A stretch of DNA of 64,000 bases from Squalus acanthias. Taxonomy: Eukaryota. A program made the translations under genes and the position numbers. The notes beneath the pieces were generated by a model. It was not told the DNA's origin, did not search any database, and was given only the letters and a program-made list of their open reading frames with translations. Positions 1 to 11,407 of the stretch are shown here, one piece after another. Where the stretch lies: NCBI GenBank assembly GCA_030390025.1, contig CM059435.1:30380001-30444000 (forward strand), in the 5' to 3' direction. Positions within the stretch are counted from its first letter, which is position 1. Each line of letters starts with the position of its first letter.

Positions 1-30
1 AGGAGCCGGAGGACTGAAGCAGCTGTACTC

Positions 31-3000
31 ATGGCAGATCCACGCCCCAGGGAGAGAGTCCACAGATTCTGCGATCAAGCATTGGAGGGGTTGGTGTTCG
101 CTGTGGAGAGACGGAGGGCGGTGCTCTACCCGGCAAGTGGCAGGAGGCCCTCGCTGCAAGTCTTCCGCACCATGTGGAGGGAGGTAGTGCAGCATGTCTC
201 GGGCAGCACTGTGGTCCCCAGGACCCACACACAATGCCGGAAGAAATTTAACAACCTCACTCGGGTGGACAGGGTGAGTAACTGCTTTAACAAATGCTAC
301 ATACCACCATCTGAACCACAGTCTTCACACACTGCCCAAAGCACCACACTCCCAGCACTCACCCACCAACAATCCCTACCTACCAACACTCACACCCACA
401 TCTAACACCTTGCACACAATGACAGCTATTCTACTGTGGCAGGCACATCAACCAAACACATTGCTCCATACTCACTCACACACTTTCCTTTCTCTTGCAG
501 GCCAAGGTGGCTCACAACAGGAGGGGGCAGGAACACACAGGTGGGGACAAGCCGATACCCAACCACTGTCTGCGCTGGAAAATAGAGTTCTGCAGATTAT
601 TGGGCGCCAGGTGGTGGGCGCTGTGACCACCAGTGACGTTGACCCCCTTGGGGACAACAATGGTATGTTCATCCCTACTCCTTCTCTCACATCCCACTTC
701 CCCTTCATCCCACAAGCCTTTTGCACTCTCCAGCTAATCATGCTGTATGCATGCATTTCTCCCTTCCTGCCCACCTCCCCTCACCTTAACCCCACTCTTG
801 TGCCTTTATGCTTTCAGATAATGAGCAAGCACCTGAGCAGCCTGTCCCTGAGGGCACTGTAGAGAGCGAGGCGGGAGAAGAAGAGGAGGAAGAACACACT
901 GCATCACTGCATGTCTCACCTGCAGGCACCAGCTCAGATACTGGCACTACGCGTTCTTTAGAGGCTAGCATAGTAGCGGGATCTGCACAGGATGAGGCAC
1001 CGGGGACGAGTGGGCTGCAGCAAGGCCAGGGGGAAAGGATAGCTCGGGGGCCAGCTCCCCAGAGGCAGAGTTCTTGCGCGAGTTCTGCTGCACAGGACTC
1101 AGATGAGGACCTCGATGGGGAAGCCTTTAGAAGAAAGGTGATGGGTGTGCACACGGAGATGATAGGTGCAATGGCAAGGATGCCGGAGAACCTCTCAGCA
1201 ATGGTAAGGAGCGTGGAGGAGTCCGCCTCTGTGGAGCCCATCATTTCCAGTCTGCAAAGGATGGTAGACTCCCAGAGAGACTGTGGCAACTCAGACCTCA
1301 TGCCGTGTGTGATGGGCGATCTAGCAGCTTCCATTGCAGCACAGGCCGAAGCGACGCAACGTCTTAGTGCTGTAATGGAGTCTATGTTTGGTGGCATCCA
1401 ATCTCAGACTGCTCTCATGCTGGCTGGGTGTACCACCGTCGACTGGGGCTTTCACAGTTTCACAGCAGGCCAGCAATCAGTGCTCCAACAGATTGCTAGG
1501 GATGCTGAGGTGCTGCCCTGGGTAGTGGCAGTGGAGCAGGATCCTGCTGACCTCTCTCAGGATGACAGCATTCATAAGAACATAAGAACATAAGAAATAG
1601 GAGCAGGAGTAGGCCAATCGGCCCTTCGAGCCTGCTCCGCCATTCAATAAGATCATGGCTGATCTGATCCTAACCTCAAATCTAAAGAACACAAGAAGTA
1701 GGAGCAGGACCCGGCCACTCAGCCCCTGGGCCCGCTCTGCCACCCACAGGGCCCTGACCGATCCGAACTCAGCCTCATGTCCAATTTCCTGCTCGCTCAC
1801 CGTAACCCCTAATTCCCTTTACCTCTAGGAAACTATCTATTTCTGTTTTAAATTTATTTAATGAAGTAGCTTCCACAGCTTCCTGGGGCAGCAAATTCCA
1901 CAGACCTACTACCTTCTGAGTGAAGAAGTTTCTCCTCATCTCAGTTTTGAAAGAGCAGCCCCTTATTCTAAGATTATGCCCCCTAGTTCTAGTTTCACCC
2001 ATCCTTGGGAACATCCTTACCGCATCCACCCGATCAAGCCCCTTCACAATCTTATATGTTTCAATAAGATCGCCTCTCATTCTTCTGAACTCCAATGAGT
2101 AGAGTCCCAATCTACTCAACCTCTCCTCATATGTCCACCCCCTCATCCCCGGGATTAACCGAGTGAACCTTCTTTGTACTGCCTCGAGAGCAAGTATGTC
2201 TTTTCTTAAGTATGGACACCAAAACTGTATGCAGTATTCCAGGTGCGGTCTCACCAATACCTTATATAACTGCAGCAATACCTTCCTGTTTTTATAATCT
2301 ATCCCCCTAGCAATAAAAGCCAACATTCCGTTGGCCTTCTTGATCACCTGCTGCACCTGCATACTAACTTTTTGATTTTCTTGCACTAGGATCCCCAGAT
2401 CCCTTTGTACTGCAGTACTTTCCAGTTTCTCGCCATTAAGATAATAACTTGCTCTCTGATTTTTCCTGCCAAAGTGCATAACCTCACATTTTCCAATATT
2501 GTATTGCATCTGCCAAATCTCTGCCCACTCACCCAGCCTGTCTATATCCCCTTGTAGGTTTTTGATGTCCTCCTCACTTTCTACTTTCCCTCCCATTTTT
2601 GTATCATCTGCAAACTTTGATATGTTACACTCGGTCCCCTCCTCCAAATCGTTAATATGGATTGTAAAGATTTGGGGACCCAGCACCGACCCCTGCGGAA
2701 CACCACTGGCTACTGGTTGCCAGTCCGAGAATGAACCATTATCCCAACTCTCTGCTTCCTGTTAGATAACCAATCCTCCACCCATGCCAGAATATTACCC
2801 CCAATCCAGTGATTTTTTTATCTTGAGCAATAATCTTTTATGTGGCACCTTGTCGAATGCCTTCTGGAAGTCTAAATACACTACGTCCACTGGTTCCCCT
2901 TTATCCACCCTGTATGTTATGTCTTCAAAGAACTCAAGCAAATTTGTCAGACATGACTTCCCCTTCATAAAGCCATGCTGACTTTGTCCTATTAAATTAT

Positions 3001-3490
3001 GTTTATCTAAATGTTCCGTTACTGTCTCCTTAATAATAGACTCCAAAATTTTACCCACCACAGATGTTAGGCTAACTGGTCTATAATTTCCAGCCTTCTG
3101 CCTACTACCCTTTTTAAATAAGGGTGTTACATTAGCAGTTTTCCAATCTGCCGGGACCTTTGCTGAGTCCAGGGAATTTTGGAAAATTATTACCAAAGCA
3201 TCCACAATCCCACCACTGCCACTCCGCCATTGCCCTTGTCGCTGGCTGTCATCCAGCCAGCCCAGACTGCCGCCGCCCAGCCTGACGTGGTGCAGTCTAC
3301 AGCCCGGCCTTGCAGGCCCAGAGCTGGTCGAGGGCGTTCTGCAAGGCCATCTGAAGTCTCCCGCACGGACACTCAGCAGCCTCCCACCAGCCCTGCTGCA
3401 GCCACTGGGCCAATACTTCATAGGAGCACTAGAGTAGGCAAAGACACAGTAACAAGAGGCACCAAGGGTTGCACAAGGGTGAATAGTTCA
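31..3490 (+). pseudogene. PIF/Harbinger Myb/SANT-like DNA-binding protein gene, spliced (exons ~31-273, 501-662, 818-1572 + 3211-~3490), disrupted by a frameshift and a CR1 insertion
   Basis: ORF 31-405 reads RFCDQALEGLVFAVERRRAVLYP...MWREVVQHV...RTHTQCRKKFNNL (Myb/SANT-like trihelix). Donor GTGAGT at 274, acceptor TCTCTTGCAG at 500, exon 2 AKVAHNRR..TGG with an apparent 1-bp loss near 546, donor GTATG at 663, acceptor CTTTCAG at 817. Acidic exon 3 (ORF 808-1593) resumes as PTTATPP...HRSTRVGK after the CR1. Confidence 0.85.
1573..3210 (-). mobile_element. CR1 LINE, 5'-truncated, young; RT C-terminal half plus 3' UTR with (CATAAGAA)n tail
   Basis: ORF 1775-2686 contains SKFADDTK and LVRPHLEYC; ORF 2795-3421 contains [13 protein letters not shown] and [11 protein letters not shown]. 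Two 1-bp indels (~2740, ~2812) relative to the copy at 18349-20416. Octamer tail at 1573-1596. Confidence 0.95.
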
Positions 3491-3649
3491 TATTTAAAAA
3501 AAAATATGTGTTCACTGATAATTGATAAATTTATTAATTCAGTTTGGATTCTTTTGTGGTGTGTCTCTTTTCAGCTTTGCGCTGTGATATGGCGTGTGAC
3601 AGGGATGGAATTATGGGGATGTGATGAGCAACGGGGATCTGGGTTTAAT

Positions 3650-3976
3650 TCATTCGAACTGCAGTTGGACCGCCCTTCCGGAAGGCCGATTGATGGCTGC
3701 CTCCTCTCTCGCTCCTGTTCCTCCTCTTCCTCATCCTCCTCCTCGTCCTCCTAATCTTGCTCTTCCTCTTCATCCTCTTCCTCCTCCTCCTCCTCCTCCT
3801 CTCCCTCTTCTTCCTCCTGAGGTGGTCCCGCAATCCCTGGTGGCAAGTGCTGGGCCCTCATGATGGTCAAGTTTTGGAGCATGCACCACGATACGGGACA
3901 CCCGCTCAGTTGAGTACTGGAGTGCTCTTCCCGAGCGGTCAAGGCAGCGGAACCATTGCTTCAGAAGGCCGATGGT
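3650..3976 (-). pseudogene. HARBI1-like Harbinger DDE transposase, C-terminal remnant, convergent with the Myb gene
   Basis: TIGLLKQWFRCLDRSGRALQYSTERVSRIVV, then after a frameshift CMLQNLTIMRAQHLPPG and a poly-Glu tail. Tail-to-tail with the Myb gene, as in two-gene Harbingers. Confidence 0.85.
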
Positions 3977-6900
3977 CATTAGTCATAGATTCATAGGCCT
4001 AAAAATTCGGTTGCTTTGTGCCTCCCATTAGTGCCCTAAGAGGGCACTAACAGGGTGTAAAGCAACTAGCGCACAGGCGCGGCGCCGCCAACGCCTCCCA
4101 CGATATTCAGCAGGAGGTTAGCGGCGGCGGTGCTGCACCGCCGGCGATGACGTCATTGCCGTGCACAGCGCCCCGCTCGCGATCTTCGGTATCGCCCCCT
4201 GACTTACCGCCGGATGCTATGTCCGACGTGGTCAGGGGGTCCTACCTGCGGCCGGGACGGTGCTAATTAAAGGCAAGGTGCCGGGTGGCCATTTTTGTTG
4301 CTGGCCGCCTGCCAGCAACTGCCCCCCTTGCCGTCCCCGGCCTCCTGACCAGCCCCCCCCCCCCCCCCCCCCGCGGAGTGCCGGCTGCGCTCCATGAGCC
4401 CGGCGCTTCTGTTGAGTGCCGGGCTCTTTTGCCGGCACTCCGATCCCTAGTGGCCCAGCTGGGCCCCGGGTCGCGCTGCGCAAGGCCCTTCCCCTTTAAG
4501 AAGGGGAAGAAGGCTTGCAGTACTGCGGCACGTAGCGCCGCGATATTCCCTCGCAGCGCCCCAAGAGGGAGGCGGGGTGCTTCCAGTAGCGCCCCGCTTC
4601 CCTCTTGGGACGCTACCGATGAATTTCGGCCGCGGGGGCGCTAATGTTAGCGCCCCAAAGGGGGTGCGACTCAATTTTTCCCCTATAGAGTCATAATGGC
4701 ACAGAAAGAGGCCATTCGGCCCATCGAGTCTGTGCCAGCCTTCTGTAGAGCAATACAGTCAGTCCCATTCCCCCGCTCTATCCCCGTAGCCCTGCAAGTT
4801 TATTTCCCTCAAGTGCCTATCCAGTCTCCCCTTGAAAACATTGAGTGTCTTTGCTTCCACCACTTCCGTCGGCAGTGAATTCCAGGTCATCACCACTTGC
4901 TGCGTAAAAAAGTTTTTCTCACATCCCCCCTGTATCTCTTGCCCAAAACCTTAAATCTGTGTCCCCTAGTCCTTGTACCACCAAGTAGTGGGAACAGCGT
5001 TTCCCCGTCTAGCCTATCCAAACCCGTCATAATCTTGTACACTTCTATCAAATCACCCCTCAACCTCCTTTGCTCTAATGAAAACAAATCCAGCTTCTCC
5101 AACCTGTCCTTGTAGCTAAGTTTCCCCATCCCCGGAACCATTCTGGTAAATATCCTCTGCACCCTCTCAAGGGCCTTCACATCCTTCCTAAAGTGTGGTG
5201 ACCAGAACTGGATGCAATACTCCAGCTGTGGCCTAACCAGCATTTTATAAAGGTTCAGCATAACTTCTCTACTTTTGTACTCAATACCACTATTTATGAA
5301 GCCCAAGATCCCATATGCTTTGTTAACCACTCTCTCAATATGTCTGCCACCTTCAGGGACCTATGCTCATTAACTCCCAACTCCCTCTGTCCCTGCACAT
5401 ACTTTAAAACTGAGCCATTAAGTGTATATTGCCTCTGCCAAAATGCATCACCTCACACTTCTCTGTATTAAATTCAATCTGCCACTTGTCTGCCCATTCT
5501 GCTAGCCTTTCTACGTCCTGTTGCTGTCGATTGGTATCATCCTCACTGTTTGCCACATCCCCAAGTTTGGTGTCATCGGCAAATTTAGAAATTCTGCTCT
5601 GTATTCCAATATCCAGGTCATTTATATATATATATATCAAAAAAAGCAGCGGCCCCAGCACTGACTCTTGGGGAACACTACAGTCTACCATCCTCCAGTC
5701 TGAAAAACAGCCATTTACCACAACTCGCTGTTTTCTGTCCTTAAGCCAATTCCTTATCCAAGCTGCCACTGACCCACCTATTCCATGAGTCTCAATTTTG
5801 TTAACTAGCCTTCTATGTGGTACTTTGTCAAACGCCTTCCAAAAATGCATGTAGACAACATCCACTGCATTCCCTTCATCAATCCTCCCTGTTACTCCAT
5901 CAAAAAATTCAATTAGATTAGTCAAACATGATCTGCCTTTTACAAATCCATGTTGGCTCTCTTTAATTAGCTTAAACCTCTCCAAGTGCCCGTTAATTTT
6001 TTTCTTGATTATTGTTTCTAAAACTTTACCCACCACTGATGTTAAACTGACTGGCCTGTAGTTACTAGGATTGTCCTTGCACCCTTTTTTGAACAATGGT
6101 GTCACATTTGCCACTTTCCAATCCTCAGGCACCTCCCCCGCATCTAGGGAAGATTGGAAAATTATGGCAAGCCCTTCTGCTATCTCCTCCCCCAATTCCC
6201 TTAGCAACCTGGGATACAAGCCATCTGGACCAGGCGACTTGTCCACTCTAAGCAGACCCAGCCTTTCTAGTACATCCTGTCTATCAATTTTCACCCCTTT
6301 CATTGCTTCTACCTTTTCCACTTCTACCGATATTTTGTCAGCATCCACCTCCTTAGTAAACACCGATACAAAGTACTCATTGAGTATTCTAGCCTATCCC
6401 TGCACCTCTAAGCATATAACACCTTCTTTGTTTCTAATAGGCCCCACCCCGCCTCTTACTACCCGCTTACTGTAGAAGATTTTTGGGTTCCCTTTTATGT
6501 TAACCGGCATTCTACTCTCATATTCTCTCTTTGCCAATCTTATTTTCATCTTCACATCCCCTCTCAACTTATCGTATTTGGTCTGGTTCTCCCTTGAAGA
6601 ATTCACCTGACATGCATCATACACCCTCTTTTTTTGTTTCATCATCTTCTCTATCTCCCTCGTCATCCAAGGAGCCCTTGCTTTGGTTCCCTTACCCTTC
6701 CCTCTTGTTGGAATGTACCTAGCATGCACTTGGAACATCTCCTCCTTAAAGATCACCCATTGTCCCGTTACAGTCTTTGGTTCCATTTTACCCTGGTTAG
6801 ATCCTTTCGCATCCCATTGAAGTTAGCCCTATTCCAGTTTAGATGTTCCACTCTAGATTGTTCCTTGCTCCTCTCCATTGCTAATCTAAATCTTATGATA

Positions 6901-7175
6901 CGATGATCACTCGTACCCAAGTGTTCTCCCACAGACACTTGGTCGACCTGGCCCACCTCATTCCCCAGCACCAGATCCAGCAATGCCTCCTTCCTAGTTG
7001 GGCCAAGAACATACTGGTCAAGGAAATTCTCCTGAACATATTTCAGAAATTCCTTTACCCTAGCATTATCCCAATCGATATTTGGATAATTAAAGTCCCC
7101 CAATATCACCACTCTATAGCTCTTGCATATCTCTGCGATTTCCCTGCAGATTTGCTCCTCTACCTCCCTCTCACT
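3977..7175 (-). mobile_element. CR1 LINE (second family), truncated within the endonuclease domain, multiply frameshifted; tail split by a MITE
   Basis: ORFs 6768-7112 (ILGDFNYPNIDW...LDLVL...SDH), 6394-6786, 5404-6363 (KSPGPDG, KFADDTK) and 4890-5330 (RPQLEYC). Tail (CATAGAGT)n-like at 3977-3995 and 4685-4696. Confidence 0.93.
3996..4684. mobile_element. GC-rich non-autonomous Harbinger-type MITE inserted in a CR1 microsatellite tail
   Basis: ATA direct repeat at 3993-3995 and 4685-4687; imperfect 12-bp TIR (GGCCTAAAAATT / AGGGGAAAAATT); near full-length similarity to 32727-33499. Confidence 0.85.
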
Positions 7176-7565
7176 ACCTTCCTCCGGCCATCGGGAGGGA
7201 ACAGAATCTCCCTGCGCCCTCTTGCTCCCTCCACAAGAGCTTGGAGGGAGTTCTCATTGAAGCGTGGAGCAGCCTTCGGTGTGGAAGTACTCAATGTGGC
7301 CTGGGCACATTCAGACACCAGCAGAATCAAGAAATTAAAGGCTGAGGCTGTAAGTGACCCTTAAAAACATCTGCACTAATGACGTCATCAGAGGCGACTA
7401 ACAGACCCGATCCCAGTCATTGGACCGGCCAGCGCGCACCACTGCAGTTAAGGGGACAATTAAATTAAAATTTTAACTCGGGAGCGGATGCAGCCGGAGG
7501 CGGGTCCGGACTCCGCCCACCAGGTAACCCGACTCCAAGCCGCCTCCTCAATTAAATTTGCGGCC
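7176..7565 (-). mobile_element. Terminal fragment of a second Harbinger element with the start of a Myb/SANT-like exon 1
   Basis: Minus strand reads TPKAAPRFNENSLQALVEGARGRREILFPPDGRRK; TGACGTCA motif at ~7380; TIR-like end AAATTTGCGGCC at 7554-7565. Confidence 0.75.
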
Positions 7566-7625
7566 AAAATGTTCCTCCTACATGCAGATTTCCAAAGCTT
7601 ATTGAATTGAACTTGCTTTCATTGA

Positions 7626-8043
7626 AGAAAGAAAAAAATCAACTTGCCTTCATATAGAACCTTTCATGTCCACGAGACCAATGGATTTTTTTTGAAGCGT
7701 AGCCACTATTGTTATATAGGCAGCCAATATGTGCATAGCTAAGTCCCACAAACAAATGAATGATAACCAAATAATCTGTTTCCTTGGTGATGCAGGTTGA
7801 GGGAGGAATGTTATCCAGGACAGTAGAACTCCCTGCTCTTCTTCAAATAGTGCCATGGAGGCTTTTATATCCACCTGAGGTTTAATATCTCATCCAAAGT
7901 TTGGCGCCTCCAACAATGCAGCACTACCTCGTTATTGTACTGAAGTATCAGCCTAGATTATGTGCTGAAGTATGTCGTGGCATTTGAACCTACAACTATC
8001 TGATTCACAGATGAGAGTGCTCTGAACGTTAGCTAAGCTGACA
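7626..8043 (-). mobile_element. tRNA-derived Deu-domain SINE (SacSINE1-like), decayed
   Basis: Collinear with the better copies at 9939-10400 and 49731-50197; AAGA tail. Confidence 0.75.
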
Positions 8044-8570
8044 GATAGCTGTAGCATTTCAAGAATTTTATCTATTTGGCCTGTAAGGGATTTTTGGGCC
8101 TCGTTTATATTATAATGTTACCATGATATTAAATTAGGTTCACAAAGGGTTAATTCCCAGAAACACAAAAGCTATCTAAGCTGATGATTAGGACCGTAAG
8201 CTGTGGTAATAGATGATGTTGCTTGTGTAATTTATTATTTTTATGTTATGAGAAGTAACTGGAAATAAATAAACCTTGCTCTGAAAATAGTACTCTGTTC
8301 ATTCATATTTTACTTGAAAAAGAAACCATTTTCTTGGTTGACAAGTGATCTCATATCACTAGAATGCTTTTCAATTACCTTCCAAAAGATAAGAGGAATA
8401 CACATAGTGGCACGTGCAGACTCACAGTATCTGAGTACACACGATGAAGGGTCTAATTGCTGGATCACGCTACTGGTTAACTCGATATTGGGTAGTGAAG
8501 GTGCTCTGCAGATTATAGGGGACACAGGGTCCACTTATTGGAGTGATGGTGGTGCTGAACCTGTGACAAT

Positions 8571-9272
8571 GGCCCTGAATTTCCGATCGGAGGCTTCCTG
8601 CGGGCGGATGCCTTCGATCGGAAAAAAATCTACGAACCTACCTGCTGGTTCCGTAGATCCCGAGGCTTCCGATCCTGGGCCTCTCCTGTTGGAAATGCGT
8701 AGATGCCCACGTACCCCAGGGGTGCATGTGGTTCGCAAGCGCCCAAGGGGTCACGTGGGCCAGGCGAACCAATCAAAGAAGGGAATCCCCCTTCATACTT
8801 TTGACAGGTCTGTAGGGACAGAACTGTCAAAAGTATGAATGGGGATCACATTTAAAAACACACTAAAACATTAAATACATTTTTTAATTACATAATTAAA
8901 ATTCCATTTAATTAAATATTTTTTTAAAAAAATAATATTTTGGAAAAAAATTTAATGTTTTTACGGGGCTAAAAATAAACTTACCTTTCTGAAGAGTATT
9001 TTGAATTTATAAATGAGTTATCAAATTTCATTTTTCTATTTTTCAACCGGGCGTAAGATTTCTATGGCCTTTCAGCAGGCGGAAGTTGTGCAAAAAGTGC
9101 AATTCTTTACCCGCAGAGGCACTTTTCCCGGGCAGGCGGATGATCTGTCAAGAGAATTCTTAACACATCGGAAGTGCCGGTTTTTAGCGCATGCGCTTCA
9201 CATGCCTGAAACCGGCACTTGCGAGGCCCCTACGGACGCGTACACACCCGTGGGGGTCGGAATAATCGGCCC
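8571..9272. mobile_element. Harbinger-type MITE with an internal 22-bp-stem hairpin
   Basis: Termini GGCCCTGAATTTCCGA and (reverse complement) GGGCCGATTATTCCGA; flanks AAT/ATT; GC-rich arms around an AT-rich core. Confidence 0.7.
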
Positions 9273-9938
9273 ATTATCTAGTGTAGACCCATAATTTGGA
9301 ATAGTAGACTTAGATCTTGAAGTAGAACTGAATGACTGTGACAATAAAATGTGCAATGCAATCAATGTGATTGCTATTCATGGAGGCCTGTGCTGCAGGG
9401 GAAATCCAATTGGAATATTTCTCCAGGATTTATTTTGTAAACGTTGGTTAATCCTGACATTTTAAAAATCTAGATTGAATAATGTAGCAAAGGAAGGGAC
9501 AGCTTCTATCCTCGGTGCTGATAAATACGTCAGATTCCCTCGCCTCTCCTATCTCTGGAGTTTAATATTCAGGTCTGTAGGTTTTACAGCAGCAAAGAGG
9601 TAACTGATGACTTCTAACAAATAATTTATCCACATAAAACCTTATTCTCTGTGTGTAATTGGTGACATGTCATGCAGTGTTCCTGTGGGCATGTGGTAGT
9701 ACATTAACAGTAAATGTACTTTCAACCAAAAGCAAAAGCTTATCTCTCAGTGGGGGTGGGGGGGGGGGCGGGGGGTGGTGGCGGTGGGGGGTAAACTTGT
9801 GAGATGGTGACTGTTACCTACTGGGGAGCAGCAGCAGTTGGCAACTCTGTGCTGAATATTCCACTATTTATTAATGTGATTTAAAACCAGCCAATGTATT
9901 TGGGGCTTGAAAGATTTCAGTTGCTGTAGTAATTAGGT

Positions 9939-10400
9939 AAAGAAAGAAAGACTTACATTTATATAGCGCCTTTCACCGGACGTCTCAAAGCACTTTACAG
10001 CCAATGAAGTACTTTATTTTTGGAGTGTAGTCACTGTTGTAATGTGGGAAACACGGCAGCCAATTTGCACACAGCAAGATCCCACAAACAGCAATGTGAT
10101 TATGACAAGATAAACTGTTTTTGTTCTGTTGATTGAGGGATAAATATTAGCCAGGACACCTCCCCTGCACTTCTTCGAAATAGTGCCATGGGATCTTTTA
10201 CGTCCACCTGAGAGAGCAGACGGGGCCTCGGTTTAAACGTCTCATCTGAAAGACGGCACCTCCGACAGTGCAGCACTCCCGCAGCACTGCACTGGAGTGT
10301 CAGTCTAGCTTTAAGGTGCTCAAGCATCTGGAGTGGGACTTGAACCCACAACCTTCTGACTTAGAGGCAAGTGTGCTACCCACTGAGCCACAGCTGACAC
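9939..10400 (-). mobile_element. tRNA-derived Deu-domain SINE (SacSINE1-like), near full length
   Basis: Minus strand: A box TGGCTCAGTGG, B box GGTTCAAGTCC, core AAACCGAGGCCCC...AAAGATCCCATGGCAC, L2-like 3' end GGCGCTATATAAATG followed by (TCTT)n. Confidence 0.88.
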
Positions 10401-11407
10401 TGTAAGTTTATCTAATTCATCTAAACCAAACTACAACTCTCTTTTGTTAAATTCTGCCAGTCAGAAAAAATCTTTCAAGCTCATTCTGAATGAATCATAG
10501 TGTGTGGGGGTGGAATTTGTATTAAAAGAAAATGGTGTAAGTTTTTGAATTAGAAGTGGTTACTTTGCCCTTCAAGTAGTTACTTTGACCTTTATTACAA
10601 TTATGTTTCTTTTATTGTCTGTGAGTTGCTCTAATGTTAAATAAATAACAGTTTCTGACTTTTTTCACCATCATTAGGTGGTGAACATTCCATCTTGCCA
10701 AAGACGATGTTGTTACTTGTAGTTTTATTTGGGATGAGCTTCATAACCATGTTAGTCTGTGATCTTCTGCTTAAGGCCAGCATGTGCCCTGTGAGAAGCA
10801 GCTATATAGTCTCACAGTTGCCTAATTTGTCCTGCTGAGATGTGCGAATGATTGCCTCTTTTCAGAGAAAGATGGAAGTTTAACGTTGCAGCTGGGATAT
10901 TTCAGAAATGATATTTATGCTTCTCAGCAATCAGAGAATTTGCAGGAATAAAAAGAAATGCAAGCTCTAAGATTTATGTTTTGTCTCTGAGGAGTAAAAT
11001 ACTGGACTCATTGAGAGCCTGAAATGTGTCTGCTGTTGGATACTATAAGGTAGAATTTTCACAAAAAATAGAAAAGCAAGCAATAGTCACAAAAATGTGA
11101 GCCAATAAAAGCTGTAAACATGGAAGGTTGCAGAAATCGCTCAACAATCCGTGAAAATGAGAAGAAATTACACATATTGGTATAAGAACATTAAAAAAAA
11201 CATAGAACAGAAGAAGGCCAAACAGCCCATTCCTACCATTGTACCATACACAATGATACAGTCATGGCCTCCACCTAACCCAATTCAAGCATCTGAAAGA
11301 GGGCGAACTTTTCAAAAGCTTTGACTTAGCGTAATTATATTTCAGCATAAAACAGATAAAATTAAGTGCTTACGCATCATTTATTAAAATGTATCTTTAG
11401 TGTCGAT

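Noticed and set aside
31-1593. Domesticated host gene of the NAIF1/MSANTD type
   Set aside because: A frameshift in exon 2, a CR1 insertion in exon 3, an adjacent convergent transposase remnant and several decayed paralogs in the window indicate a dead transposon.
8314-8838. 174-aa ORF as a host exon
   Set aside because: Half of it lies inside a MITE, the start is non-ATG, and the unique half matches no protein I recognise.
9751-9792. G-quadruplex regulatory element (also ~41320-41370)
   Set aside because: Simple G-rich low-complexity tracts; nothing in the sequence supports a function.
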